64,000 nt of DNA from Thermoanaerobaculia bacterium (lineage in GTDB: Bacteria > Acidobacteriota > Thermoanaerobaculia > Multivoradales > Multivoraceae): NCBI GenBank assembly GCA_963666565.1, contig OY762911.1, positions 1,184,001-1,248,000 of the forward strand. Direction: 5' to 3'. The position numbers were made by a program, and so were the translations under genes. Below are positions 49,978-59,022 of the stretch, one piece after another; the first letter of the stretch is position 1; every line of letters starts with the position of its first letter. Below the pieces are notes generated by a model, which made no database searches, was not told where the DNA came from, and saw nothing but the letters and a program-made list of their open reading frames with translations.

Positions 49978-51627
49978 TTACTTGTGCCAGCGACGCCCGT
50001 TGGCGAGGCCGTCGGCGCGCGGGAAGAGCTCGTCGCGCATCGCGGCATGGTAGGCGAAGCTGGCCAGGACGACGGACGCTTGCCTGAGGTCGTCGGCGAT
50101 CAGGCGGTCGTAGACGTCCATGTTCGTGTGGAACGTCGCGTTGAAGAACTCCAGGTCGTCCTGGATGAACTGGAAGCCCTGGAGACCCGCTTCGAGAAAG
50201 GCCATGTGGTCCGTGCAGCAGGTGTTGCCGGGCACGATCCAGGTCATGCCCACGTCGTGGAACGGCTCCATCCAGGCTTCGAAGATCGGCCGGGACGCGT
50301 CGTTGCCCTGCAGGTACATGCCGCGGAAGCGGCCGTACCAGTCGACGTTGAAGTAGACGGAGAGGTTGGCGTGGGCGGCCGGCTTCTCCGGGGACGCCGG
50401 GTCGCCGAAGTGCTCGCGGACGTAGGCCCGCGAGCCGAGCAGGCCGCTTTCCTCGGCGCCCCAGAGCGCGGCCCGGATCGTGCGCCGGGGTTCGAGGTCG
50501 GCCGCTCGCAGGAGCCGCATTGCCTCCATCACGATCGCGCTGCCGGCGGCGTTGTCGGTGGCCCCGGTGCCGGCAGGTTCCGCGTCCAGGTGGCCGCCGA
50601 TCATCACGACCTCGTGCGCGAGGTCGCCGCCGGGCAGGTCGGCGATCACGTTGTAGTCGAGCGGATCGTCGTCGCCGAGGACGTTGCGGACTTCGATCTC
50701 CATCTCGACCGGCGTTCCGGCGGCGAGCAGCCGCATCATCCGGTTGTAGTGCTCGGCCGCTACCACGACCCGCGGCATCGGCACCGGTTCGTCCAGCGGC
50801 AGCGGACCGTCGCCCGAGACGTGGACGATTCCCTTGTCCATCGGGCCGACGTTGGAGGAACCGATCTCGACCAGGACGGCGACGCCCTGCCGCTCCAGGA
50901 ACGTCTCGATGTCGCGGCCCGTCAGTTCGGGCGACGCTTCCTGGCCGGCCGCCGCTCGTTCGGCGTCGGGCTCGTCCTCGTCGTCGTCCGTCGACTGGCC
51001 GGGGTTGTTCCGCGGGTCGATCTCGAGGCGGGCCATGCCGCTGAGCTCCTCGTCCGACAGCCGGACCGCCTGCGGCGAGAAGTTGGGAACCAGTTCCCGC
51101 TCGGGCGAGATGAGCAGGATCGAGGTGTCGACGCGTGCCCCCAAGGCTTCCAGGTCGTCGCGTGTTTCGACGCCGCTGAGGTCGACCGCTGCCACCGGAC
51201 CGGCTACCTTGCCGTCCGTGCTCCGGGTTCCCGGCTGCGCGTAGCCGATGACCGGCTGGTACTGCGGCGCCGTGATGTGGACCGAGGTGTGGCGGTTCTC
51301 CCAGGCGTAGCCGAACTCGCCCCAAGGCTCGAGCGTGGCGTCGAGGCCGAACTCCTCCAACGTGTCGCGGGCCCAGTTGGCGGCGCCGTCGTAGGAGGGA
51401 GAGTTCGCGTACCGGGGGCCGTAGAGGTCGGTCAGGACGTGGGCGAACTCCATGACGCGGGAGCGATTGAAGCCCTCGTCGCGGAGTTGGGCGACGACCT
51501 CGAGGTCGACGGTCTCCACCGGACCGGCGCCGCCGGTGCCCTCTTCGCCGGCCGGGACCCCGCACGCCGCGAGCGTCGCTGCGAAAGCGGCGAGTGCGGG
51601 CATCCGGTTGACACCGCGTACGATCAC
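49978..51627 (-). CDS. M28-family metallopeptidase lipoprotein (carboxypeptidase Q-like)
   Basis: GGHLD, GATDNAAG, WGAEESGLLGS, TDH, HTNMD; lipobox LAAC. Confidence 0.92.
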   Translation of the reverse strand: MIVRGVNRMPALAAFAATLAACGVPAGEEGTGGAGPVETVDLEVVAQLRDEGFNRSRVMEFAHVLTDLYGPRYANSPSYDGAANWARDTLEEFGLDATLEPWGEFGYAWENRHTSVHITAPQYQPVIGYAQPGTRSTDGKVAGPVAAVDLSGVETRDDLEALGARVDTSILLISPERELVPNFSPQAVRLSDEELSGMARLEIDPRNNPGQSTDDDEDEPDAERAAAGQEASPELTGRDIETFLERQGVAVLVEIGSSNVGPMDKGIVHVSGDGPLPLDEPVPMPRVVVAAEHYNRMMRLLAAGTPVEMEIEVRNVLGDDDPLDYNVIADLPGGDLAHEVVMIGGHLDAEPAGTGATDNAAGSAIVMEAMRLLRAADLEPRRTIRAALWGAEESGLLGSRAYVREHFGDPASPEKPAAHANLSVYFNVDWYGRFRGMYLQGNDASRPIFEAWMEPFHDVGMTWIVPGNTCCTDHMAFLEAGLQGFQFIQDDLEFFNATFHTNMDVYDRLIADDLRQASVVLASFAYHAAMRDELFPRADGLANGRRWHK

Positions 51628-51778
51628 CGAGTCTTCGAACCTCCGCGATTTGCTAACCGTTCGGCACTATACAGGCGGCGCCGGGATCGCCATTCCCTCG
51701 ATACACGCTGCCGGCTCGACCCCCGATGGGCTGGTTCCTCGGGCGGTCGGTTGCTGATCCGTCGGAGCGACGGGCGCG

Positions 51779-53254
51779 ATGCGCCTGGGCCACTACACTG
51801 CCGCCGTGTCCGCGATCGGCATCGCCGTTCTCCTCTTCGTCGCTCTCACGCTGTTCATAGGCGTTCGCACCTACGCGAAGATCCGCGGCCGGGCGACGAA
51901 CTACTACGTCGCCGGCAACGCGATGCCGGTTGGCGTCGTCGGCATCACCCTCTGCGCCCAGGCGTTCGACGCGAACGGTTCGGTGGGCAACGCGTCGCTC
52001 GTCCACTCGGGGGGCTTCTGGGCCGGCGCGGTGATCCCGGTCGGGCTTGCCCTGTGCCTGTTCATCGCCGGCACCTGGTTTGCAGAGCCGCTGCACCGCA
52101 TGCGGCTGATGACCCTGGCCGACTTCTACCGGCGGCGCTACAGCGTTTCGACCGAGACGTTGGCCGCTTGCCTGATGCTGCTCAGCAACGTCGTCCTGGT
52201 GGCCGGCAACCTGGCGGGGCTCGGCCTGCTGTTCGAACTCGTCTTCGGAGCGCCCTACCTCGCCATGCTGGTCGCGGTCGCGCTCTGCATCCTCGCCTAC
52301 GCCGTCTCGGGCGGTCTCTACGCCACGATCGCGACCAGCGTGCTCCAGGTCTCGATCTTCATCGTCAGCATCGCGGTGGCCGTCGTCTGGCTGGGCGGCA
52401 GCTACGGCTGGGGCACGCTGCTGAGCGCCGCTCCCAAAGGCGCGATGAGCTTCGCGGGGCTCTTCTCGCGGGAGAGCGGCGCGCTCGTCAACTGGGCGGC
52501 GCTGGGGTCGCTGGCCCTGGGCGACATCGTCGCCATCGACTTCCTCCAGCGGATGATCTCGGCCGATTCCGGCCGCTCGGCGAAGCGCGGCTGCTACCTC
52601 GCCGCCGGCATCACGCTCGTCGTCGGCCTCTCGGTCTCGCTGATCGGCCTGTCGGCCCACTTCTTCGGCCGCGAGGCAGGTTCCTCCCTGCTCGTCGACC
52701 TGGCGCTGACCGACCTGCCGCTGCTGATCGGCGGCGCCGTGCTGCTGGGCATCATCGCGGCCAGCATGTCCACCGCGAGCGGCGTCGTGCTCGACCTGGC
52801 GAACGTGATCACCCGCAACCTGGTCCAGCGTCGCAGCCGATCGACCTGGGACGACGCGCGGATGCTCCGCTTCTCCCGCTGGATCGCCCTGCCGACGATG
52901 GCCGGCGCCGTCGTCTTCGCCTACGTCCGGCCCGAGCCCGGCGTCCTGCTCATCCTCGCCTTCGACATCGTCCTCGCCGGCTGCTTCGTGCCGCTCCTGC
53001 TCGGCCTGTTCTGGCGCAGGGCGAACACGACCGGAGCGCTCGCCGGCGTGATCGCCGGCAGCGCCGCGCGGCTCGTGCTTCACTTCGCCGTCACGGATGC
53101 CTGGCGCGGCCTGGACACGCTGCTTGCTCCGTTGTTCAGCCTGATCGCGATGGTGGCGGTGTCCCTGCTGACGCAAAGGACGCATCGGCCCCGGCACGAC
53201 GAACTGCGGCGCGTCCCGTCTGAACGCGACCTCGTGGCAGGCCTCGACGCCTGA
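51779..53254 (+). CDS. Sodium:solute symporter family protein
   Basis: About 13 TMs; YYVAG, T..DFYRRRY, GGLYA, AASMSTASG. Confidence 0.92.
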   Translation: MRLGHYTAAVSAIGIAVLLFVALTLFIGVRTYAKIRGRATNYYVAGNAMPVGVVGITLCAQAFDANGSVGNASLVHSGGFWAGAVIPVGLALCLFIAGTWFAEPLHRMRLMTLADFYRRRYSVSTETLAACLMLLSNVVLVAGNLAGLGLLFELVFGAPYLAMLVAVALCILAYAVSGGLYATIATSVLQVSIFIVSIAVAVVWLGGSYGWGTLLSAAPKGAMSFAGLFSRESGALVNWAALGSLALGDIVAIDFLQRMISADSGRSAKRGCYLAAGITLVVGLSVSLIGLSAHFFGREAGSSLLVDLALTDLPLLIGGAVLLGIIAASMSTASGVVLDLANVITRNLVQRRSRSTWDDARMLRFSRWIALPTMAGAVVFAYVRPEPGVLLILAFDIVLAGCFVPLLLGLFWRRANTTGALAGVIAGSAARLVLHFAVTDAWRGLDTLLAPLFSLIAMVAVSLLTQRTHRPRHDELRRVPSERDLVAGLDA

Positions 53255-53315
53255 CGGGCGGACGCCCGGCTCCGCCAGGACCGGCACGGACTCCGTGTCT
53301 TGGCCCCAGGCACCG

Positions 53316-53515
53316 GCGTCCAGCCCAGTCGGGTCAGGAGAGGTCGGCGCCCAGGTGCCTCTGAACGAGCGACGGCCGGCGACGTTGCATCCACCGGCGC
53401 CCAACCGGAGCGAGTGAAGCGGAGCAAGCGCAACCTTGCCCTATCTCCTCTCGAGCGCGCGCGTCACCTGGGCGCCGACCTCTCCTGACCCAGGACGGGC
53501 GGGTACCTCCGACGC
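53316..53515 (-). other. Structured element, copy 2: 27-bp perfect inverted repeat around a 107-bp core
   Basis: Arms 53331-53357 and 53465-53491; one arm provides the last codons and stop of the cyclodeaminase gene. Confidence 0.75.
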
Positions 53516-54480
53516 CGCTGCGGCGCAGCCTCCTGGTCCCCCAATGCCTGCCAGACCGCTTTCGCGATCTGAATGTCCTGCACCGCGACGCCGGTCAGAT
53601 CCGCGATGGTGATCTCATCCTCGTCCGAGCGCCCCGTGGCCCTGCCGGCGATGATGTCGCCCAGTTCGACGAGACCGGTTTCGGCCACGTGGCCGCCCGC
53701 TACCGCGTAGTGCGACTCACCGTGGTCGATGCACTGCGACAGTGAGTCGACGGCACAGATAGCGGCTCTTGCGAACAGCGTCGGGTCCAGTTCCTGTTTG
53801 CCGGGAGCGTCGCTTCCCATCGCGGTGACATGAGTGCCCGGCCGGATCCACTCGCTGCGGACAAGAGCGCTCCTCGCCGCCGTGGCGGTGACGATCAGGT
53901 TGCTGTTCTCGCAGAGGTCCTGGAGAGTCTCGGCTATCTGAACGTCGAAGCCGGAATCCGAGAGCTCGCTCCGGTACGCCGCCGACTGTTCGCGGCGTCG
54001 CGCCCAGACCCGGACCCGGTTGCAATCGCGCGCGTGGCGCAGGTACTGCAACTGCATGCGGGCCTGCACGCCGGCGCCGACGATGCCGATGCACTCGACC
54101 GCGTCGGGCGCGAGCTGGCGGGCCGCGATGCAGCCCGCAATGGCGGTCCGCACGTCGGTCAGGTAGCCCGAGTCGTCCAGCAAGGCCAGCGTCTCGCCGG
54201 TCTTCGCCGACAGGACGATCATCATTCCGTGGCCCGTGGGAAGGCCGCGCGAAGCGTTCTCGTGGAAGCCGGTGGCGATCTTGACGACGAAGACCTCGTC
54301 GCCGTGGATGTGACCGTACTTGATGTGGCAATCGCCCGGCGGCGCGTCGAATCCCAGGTAACCGACGGAAGGCACCGTCGCCGCACCGCTCGACAGCGCC
54401 ACGAATCCGGCCTCGATCGAAGCGATGGCGGCGGGTATGTCGAGAACGGCTTTGATCTCGTCAAGGCCTGCCGTTCGCAT
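53464..54480 (-). CDS. Ornithine cyclodeaminase / mu-crystallin family protein
   Basis: HIKYG, LTDVRTA, GAGVQA, GSDAPGKQELD, DLTGVAVQD. Confidence 0.94.
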   Translation of the reverse strand: MRTAGLDEIKAVLDIPAAIASIEAGFVALSSGAATVPSVGYLGFDAPPGDCHIKYGHIHGDEVFVVKIATGFHENASRGLPTGHGMMIVLSAKTGETLALLDDSGYLTDVRTAIAGCIAARQLAPDAVECIGIVGAGVQARMQLQYLRHARDCNRVRVWARRREQSAAYRSELSDSGFDVQIAETLQDLCENSNLIVTATAARSALVRSEWIRPGTHVTAMGSDAPGKQELDPTLFARAAICAVDSLSQCIDHGESHYAVAGGHVAETGLVELGDIIAGRATGRSDEDEITIADLTGVAVQDIQIAKAVWQALGDQEAAPQRRRRYPPVLGQERSAPR

Positions 54481-54638
54481 TCCGGCGATACTATGGTGGG
54501 AACAGTCGGGAACGAACGGCCTTTGCCGCGTGCGCGCCGCGGGGTCAGCCGCCCCCCGAACCTGCGCCTCCCGGGATGCGCCCTTGCCGCGTGCGCGCCG
54601 CGGGGCCGGGCCGCCGATCCGTCACCCTTCTTCGCGAC

Positions 54639-55634
54639 ATGACTGACCACCCGACCCTCGGCGACATCGTCCGGGCGCAGCAGCGCCTGGGAAGGCATCT
54701 GCGGCCGACGCCGCTTGAGGACGCCGCCGATCTCGGCGCCGGTACGTTTCTCAAACTGGAGAACGTCAACCTGACGCACTCGTTCAAGATACGAGGAGCG
54801 CTGAACGCCATGCTGTCGCTGGACGAGAAGGCGCTGGCCCGGGGCATCGTCGCCGCGTCTTCGGGCAACTTCGCGATGGCGGTCGCCTACGCCGCGCGTC
54901 TGTGCGGCGCCTCGGCGCGGATTCTGATGCCCGTCGCAACGCCGAAGAAGAAGGTAAACGGAGTGCGCCGGTACGGCGCCGGCGCTGCCGAAGCGGTGCT
55001 CTTCGGTGACAACTTCGATCAGGCCGAGGCCGAAGCCCTGCGCCGGGCCCGGGGCGGCCCGACCTGGCTATCGCCCTACAACGACAGGCGGGTGATCGCC
55101 GGGGCCGGCACCATCGGTGTCGAGATCGTCTCCGAGTTGCCCCGGGTCGAGAGGGTGCTGGTCCCCGTGGGCGGCGGCGGGCTGATTGCCGGCGTTGCCA
55201 CCGCGCTCAAGGAACTCAACCCCGCGGTCGAGGTGATCGGCGTCAGTTCCGAATCGACGCCGGCGATGTTCAACGTCTTCCACAACAGCGACAGACCGCA
55301 GGTCTGGAACACCCTTGCCGAGGCGCTTTCGGGCGACATCGAGCCGGGCTCGATGACGGTGCCGATATGCAAGCTCTACGTGGACGACGTGGTGCTCGTT
55401 GCCGAGGAACGGATCGCGTCGGCGATGCGTTTCCTGGTCGATGAGCAGGGCTGGGTGGTCGAAGGCGGCGGCGCGGTCGGCGTGGCGGCCCTCTTGCAGG
55501 GCGCGATACCCCGCGACGGCAAGATCACCGCGGTGGTCGTCAGCGGCGGCAATGTCGACGGAGAGACGTTGCGGCGGGTTCTCCAGCTTCCTGAGCGCGC
55601 CGGTCGATTGGCGAAGGAGTGGAGGGAGGCATGA
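54639..55634 (+). CDS. PLP-dependent threonine/serine dehydratase family protein
   Basis: LKLEN...SFKIRGA, SSGN, PVGGGGL, SGGN. Confidence 0.93.
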   Translation: MTDHPTLGDIVRAQQRLGRHLRPTPLEDAADLGAGTFLKLENVNLTHSFKIRGALNAMLSLDEKALARGIVAASSGNFAMAVAYAARLCGASARILMPVATPKKKVNGVRRYGAGAAEAVLFGDNFDQAEAEALRRARGGPTWLSPYNDRRVIAGAGTIGVEIVSELPRVERVLVPVGGGGLIAGVATALKELNPAVEVIGVSSESTPAMFNVFHNSDRPQVWNTLAEALSGDIEPGSMTVPICKLYVDDVVLVAEERIASAMRFLVDEQGWVVEGGGAVGVAALLQGAIPRDGKITAVVVSGGNVDGETLRRVLQLPERAGRLAKEWREA

Positions 55635-55918
55635 CCGAGACATTCACCAAGTGGGATGCGGCCGAGCATCTGGGCAGCCGGGAAGATGCCCGCCTGTACC
55701 TTGAGGCGTGCGCTGAGGAAGACCCGGGCGACGGCAGCCTGATCCGCGCGGCGCTGAACGACATCGCACGGGCAAGGAACATGAGCGGGCTGGCCCGAGA
55801 GGCGGGCTTGAGCCGGGAAGGTCTGTACAAGGCCCTTTCGAAGGACGGCAACCCCACGTTCACGACCGTCATGCGGATCACTCGGGCATTGGGTCTGCAG
55901 CTCCGCGTGACGGCCTAG
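55631..55918 (+). CDS. Putative addiction-module antidote (HI1420-like HTH)
   Basis: WDAAEHL, ALNDIARARNMSGLAREAGLSREGLYKALS..GNPTF. Confidence 0.9.
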   Translation: MTETFTKWDAAEHLGSREDARLYLEACAEEDPGDGSLIRAALNDIARARNMSGLAREAGLSREGLYKALSKDGNPTFTTVMRITRALGLQLRVTA

Positions 55919-55975
55919 CTGGACACTCAGAAGGGCATGACGGAGGCCGGCCGGGCCGGTGGAACCGGAGGTTCA

Positions 55976-56248
55976 GTGGACACTCAGAGCCGGCAGCTTC
56001 GCGATCTGCTCGTTCGCGAGCTTGAGGCGGAAGGCCTGCGGGTCGAGACGACCACTGCCGAGAACGGCGAGCCGGTCCTCGTCGTCGGCGAGATGAAGGT
56101 CTACCCGCGCCGCGTGCTCGAGGGCCAGATCGCCGAGAGCGGCGACCCTCGTGCAGTGGACCTCGACTGGCTCGCCAAGGCCCATCGCGCGTACTTCCGC
56201 AACCTCCGGCGGTTCCATCCGAGCCTGGTTGCCGCGGCGGCCGGTTGA
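55976..56248 (+). CDS. Hypothetical protein
   Basis: GGAGG RBS before GTG 55976; host-like codon usage; no recognisable motif. Confidence 0.55.
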   Translation: MDTQSRQLRDLLVRELEAEGLRVETTTAENGEPVLVVGEMKVYPRRVLEGQIAESGDPRAVDLDWLAKAHRAYFRNLRRFHPSLVAAAAG

Positions 56249-56280
56249 GAACGTGACCGCGGCACAGCGTGTCGCCGCGT

Positions 56281-56365
56281 GGGATTCGGTGGTCGACGGA
56301 CTCGAACCGTCGATCTCCGGGTGGTTCCTTCCAGCGTCTTGCCGTTGGACGAACCACCGAATCCC
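56281..56365 (-). ncRNA. tRNA-like (pseudo-tRNA) structure with extended acceptor stem
   Basis: GGTGGTTC-GTCCAACGGCAAGAC (D arm)...AGATC-GACGG-TTCGAGT-CCGTC (T arm)-GACCACC; non-canonical anticodon arm; no CCA. Confidence 0.65.
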
Positions 56366-56774
56366 TCGTTGTCACTCAGACGCGGCTACCTGCTCTTGAC
56401 ACGATCCGTTCTCCTTATCTGGGACGGGTGCCGATCGGACTCCTGCAAAGCGAGATGCCACTCGCCCCGTCGTTCACTCATGCCGATGGATCGTCGCCCC
56501 CGTTTACGGCCGGCTGCGTCGGTGCCTTCACCTTGCGATGAACGACAAGCGCCGGATCGACGTATGGCTGGCTGGAGTCGGCTTCCTCCCGCACTCGGTT
56601 ATGCCGACGGATCGCCGGATCCGTTTACGCCGCGTCTTTGGCGTCTCAGATCGGTGGCGCCGTCGCCAAGACGAGGCTGCACGCTGCCCGGCAGTTGGTG
56701 GAGGCGTCCGGCCCGAAGTCCCGAGGTTGAAGACAGCGACTCCTTCTGTAGCTGTGCGCTAGGGTTTCCGCGAA

Positions 56775-57983
56775 GTGACTCGCAGGATGTCCGCCCTCGT
56801 AGCCGCCGCGTTCGCCGGGTGTCTATCCCTCGGCACGGCCGTTCAGCCCCAGACGGAGACCACGGGCCGGCTGGACCCGTCCGACGCCGCACAATTGCGG
56901 GCCTGGGCCGAGAGAGGGCACGCCGCCTCCGCGCTTCAGCTCGGGGTGACGTACATGCAGACCGACCCCACGGAAGCGGTGAAGTGGATTCGGTTAGCCG
57001 CGGAGCAGGATCATGCCGAGGCCCAAGCCATGCTCGGACGGCTCCACCAGGTCGGGCGCGGCGTGCCACGGGACTACTCGGAAGCGCTGCGGTGGTACCG
57101 GCGCGCTGCCGAGCAGGGCTACGTCGATGCGCAGTTTCTGCTGTGGATGGTCCACCACGAGGGCCGGGGTGTGACGAAGGACCCTGTTGAAGCAGTTCGT
57201 TGGCTCCGCATGGCGGCTGAACAAGGCCACGCGGACGCGCAGTTCAAGCTCGGCATGCTGCACATTGACGGAGACGGTGTTCCTGAAGACGCCACCGAGG
57301 CCATGAGGTGGCTCCGTCGCGCGGCCCAACAGGGCCACACCCGGACGCTTGAGATGTTCGGGGACACACTCGATGAACTCGCCTCGCTGGATGCAACGCT
57401 GGACGATGCAGGAGGCAGCTCCGAAACGCAGGGCGACGTCCGGTTCAATCAACTGCTGGCTGCCGCGGAAGCCGGTGACTCGGAGGCGCAGTACGAACTC
57501 GCTGTCGCGTACGCCGAAGGGCGTGGTGGCGTAGATGACGACGAGAGGACGAAGCAGGTTCTACTCTGGGCGACTCGAGCGGCGAATCAGGGGCACCCTG
57601 GAGCGATGGCCGAACTCGGGTCTTTCTACATGGGGAACGACGACGTGATGGCTTTTCGTTGGCTGCGCCCGGCCGCCGCACAGGGCCACGGAGGAGCACA
57701 AGGCAATCTCGGCTACATGTACCAGCATGGTCATGGCGTTCCCCGAGACGACGATGAAGCCGCCCGGCTCTATCGGCTGGCCGCCGAGCAGGGGATCGCG
57801 CAGGCCCAGCACAACCTCGGCGTGATGTACCGACGCTGGGACTTCGGTCTCGACAACGACGGGACCTTCGACTACATGTTCCGCATCCAGCCCGACGGCA
57901 CCGGTCTCTACGACGATATTCTCGCGCTCAACGGACGGCACCGCCACGCCCAGCCAGACTTACCACTGCGAAGTGGAGGCTGA
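56775..57983 (+). CDS. Secreted Sel1-repeat protein with chimeric C-terminus
   Basis: Multiple A..W.R.AAEQG..AQ..LG..Y repeats; the repeat pattern breaks abruptly at GVMY|RRWDFG. Confidence 0.85.
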   Translation: MTRRMSALVAAAFAGCLSLGTAVQPQTETTGRLDPSDAAQLRAWAERGHAASALQLGVTYMQTDPTEAVKWIRLAAEQDHAEAQAMLGRLHQVGRGVPRDYSEALRWYRRAAEQGYVDAQFLLWMVHHEGRGVTKDPVEAVRWLRMAAEQGHADAQFKLGMLHIDGDGVPEDATEAMRWLRRAAQQGHTRTLEMFGDTLDELASLDATLDDAGGSSETQGDVRFNQLLAAAEAGDSEAQYELAVAYAEGRGGVDDDERTKQVLLWATRAANQGHPGAMAELGSFYMGNDDVMAFRWLRPAAAQGHGGAQGNLGYMYQHGHGVPRDDDEAARLYRLAAEQGIAQAQHNLGVMYRRWDFGLDNDGTFDYMFRIQPDGTGLYDDILALNGRHRHAQPDLPLRSGG

Positions 57984-58178
57984 CCGCTGACGGTTGAACT
58001 GGCCTCCAGCAGAGCCGCCCAATCGCCGGTTGGCGTCGTCGTCTGGAAACCTGCCGCAGCCGTGGCGGGCGGCGGCGCCGATGGCAGGACGCCGAAGTGG
58101 GCGATGCCGGGCTGTCGGCGTAGCTGCGCGCGTATCCATAGAGATACTGTTCGTCGGTGGCGAAGACGGAAGCTCTTC

Positions 58179-58515
58179 GTGGCGAAGAGCGACCCACTAC
58201 ACGTACCGGGTTACGTGGTCGGCGGAGGACCAGGAGCATGTGGGCCTGTGCGCCGAGTTTCCGTCACTCAGTTGGCTCGCGTCCACGCCGGACGAAGCTC
58301 TCGCCGGCGTACGCCGTCTTGTAGCCGAGAGCGTCGAAGACATGCGGGCGAACGGTGAGGACCTGCCCGTTCCGTACGCGGACCGCGCATACAGCGGCAA
58401 GTTCATGGTTCGTGTGCCGCCCGAGATGCGCCGGGCGTTGGCCATCCGGGCTGCCGAGGAAGGCGCGAGCATGAACCGCCTCGTCGGGGCGCGGCTCGCG
58501 GAGCGCCCCTTGTAG
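58179..58515 (+). pseudogene. hicB: HicB-family antitoxin, probably +1 frameshifted near start; no hicA
   Basis: HYTYRVTWSAED..VGLCAEFPSLSW...YSGKFMVRVPPE; GTG 58179 is 16 nt from the HYTY frame; alternative in-frame ATG at 58081. Confidence 0.7.
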
Positions 58516-58611
58516 TACGCCCCGCCCATGGGAACAACGAGGCCGACCGAGCGGTCGAACCGCGCCGCGTCGGGGGGCCGGCTTCCGGCCCTTCTGCCGC
58601 GATGGCCTCAG

Positions 58612-59022
58612 CTAGCCGGGTAGGAGACCGGTGTCAACGAACTCGCGAGGAGTGACGACCTGAATGTTCTGCCGGGATCTCGCCGGGAAGTGCTGGATGT
58701 TCCCGGTGATCAGACGGTCGGCCAGGGCGGCGACGGCGACCTCGAGGAAGGGCTCGTCATCGGGGTCGGGCAGCGGAATCGGCAAGGGCATCGGGGAAGT
58801 CAGTTCGCCGACTGCTTCGAGCTGCAGAAGCAGCGCGTCGACATCCTCTTGGGCGAAAGCGAATCCGGGGCGGCGCAGTACGTCGGCGTACTCGGCGAGG
58901 ATTCGCCCGTCGTAGCAGAGGCGGAGCCTGCCGGCGGCGACCAGCGCCACGATGGTCCCCGGCGGTCCGAACGGGGAGAGCAGGCCGGACACCAGGACGT
59001 TGGTGTCGACGACGACTCTCAT
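58612..59022 (-). CDS. PIN-domain toxin (VapC-like)
   Basis: VVDTNVLVSG, EY, DPDDEPFLEVA, LITGN..HF. Confidence 0.92.
   Translation of the reverse strand: MRVVVDTNVLVSGLLSPFGPPGTIVALVAAGRLRLCYDGRILAEYADVLRRPGFAFAQEDVDALLLQLEAVGELTSPMPLPIPLPDPDDEPFLEVAVAALADRLITGNIQHFPARSRQNIQVVTPREFVDTGLLPG

Noticed and set aside
54520-54607. Possible mini-CRISPR (palindromic repeat, 61-bp period)
   Set aside because: Only two 22-bp units, no cas genes and no leader.
55920-55988. 12-bp direct repeat TGGACACTCAGA
   Set aside because: Too short; no element recognisable between the copies.
56288-56358. Functional canonical tRNA gene
   Set aside because: No 7-nt anticodon loop with U33, irregular position 8-9 spacing, no CCA; kept only as tRNA-like.
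56538-56762. 74-aa ORF upstream of the Sel1 gene
   Set aside because: No motif or host-like codon bias; overlaps the probable non-coding motif.
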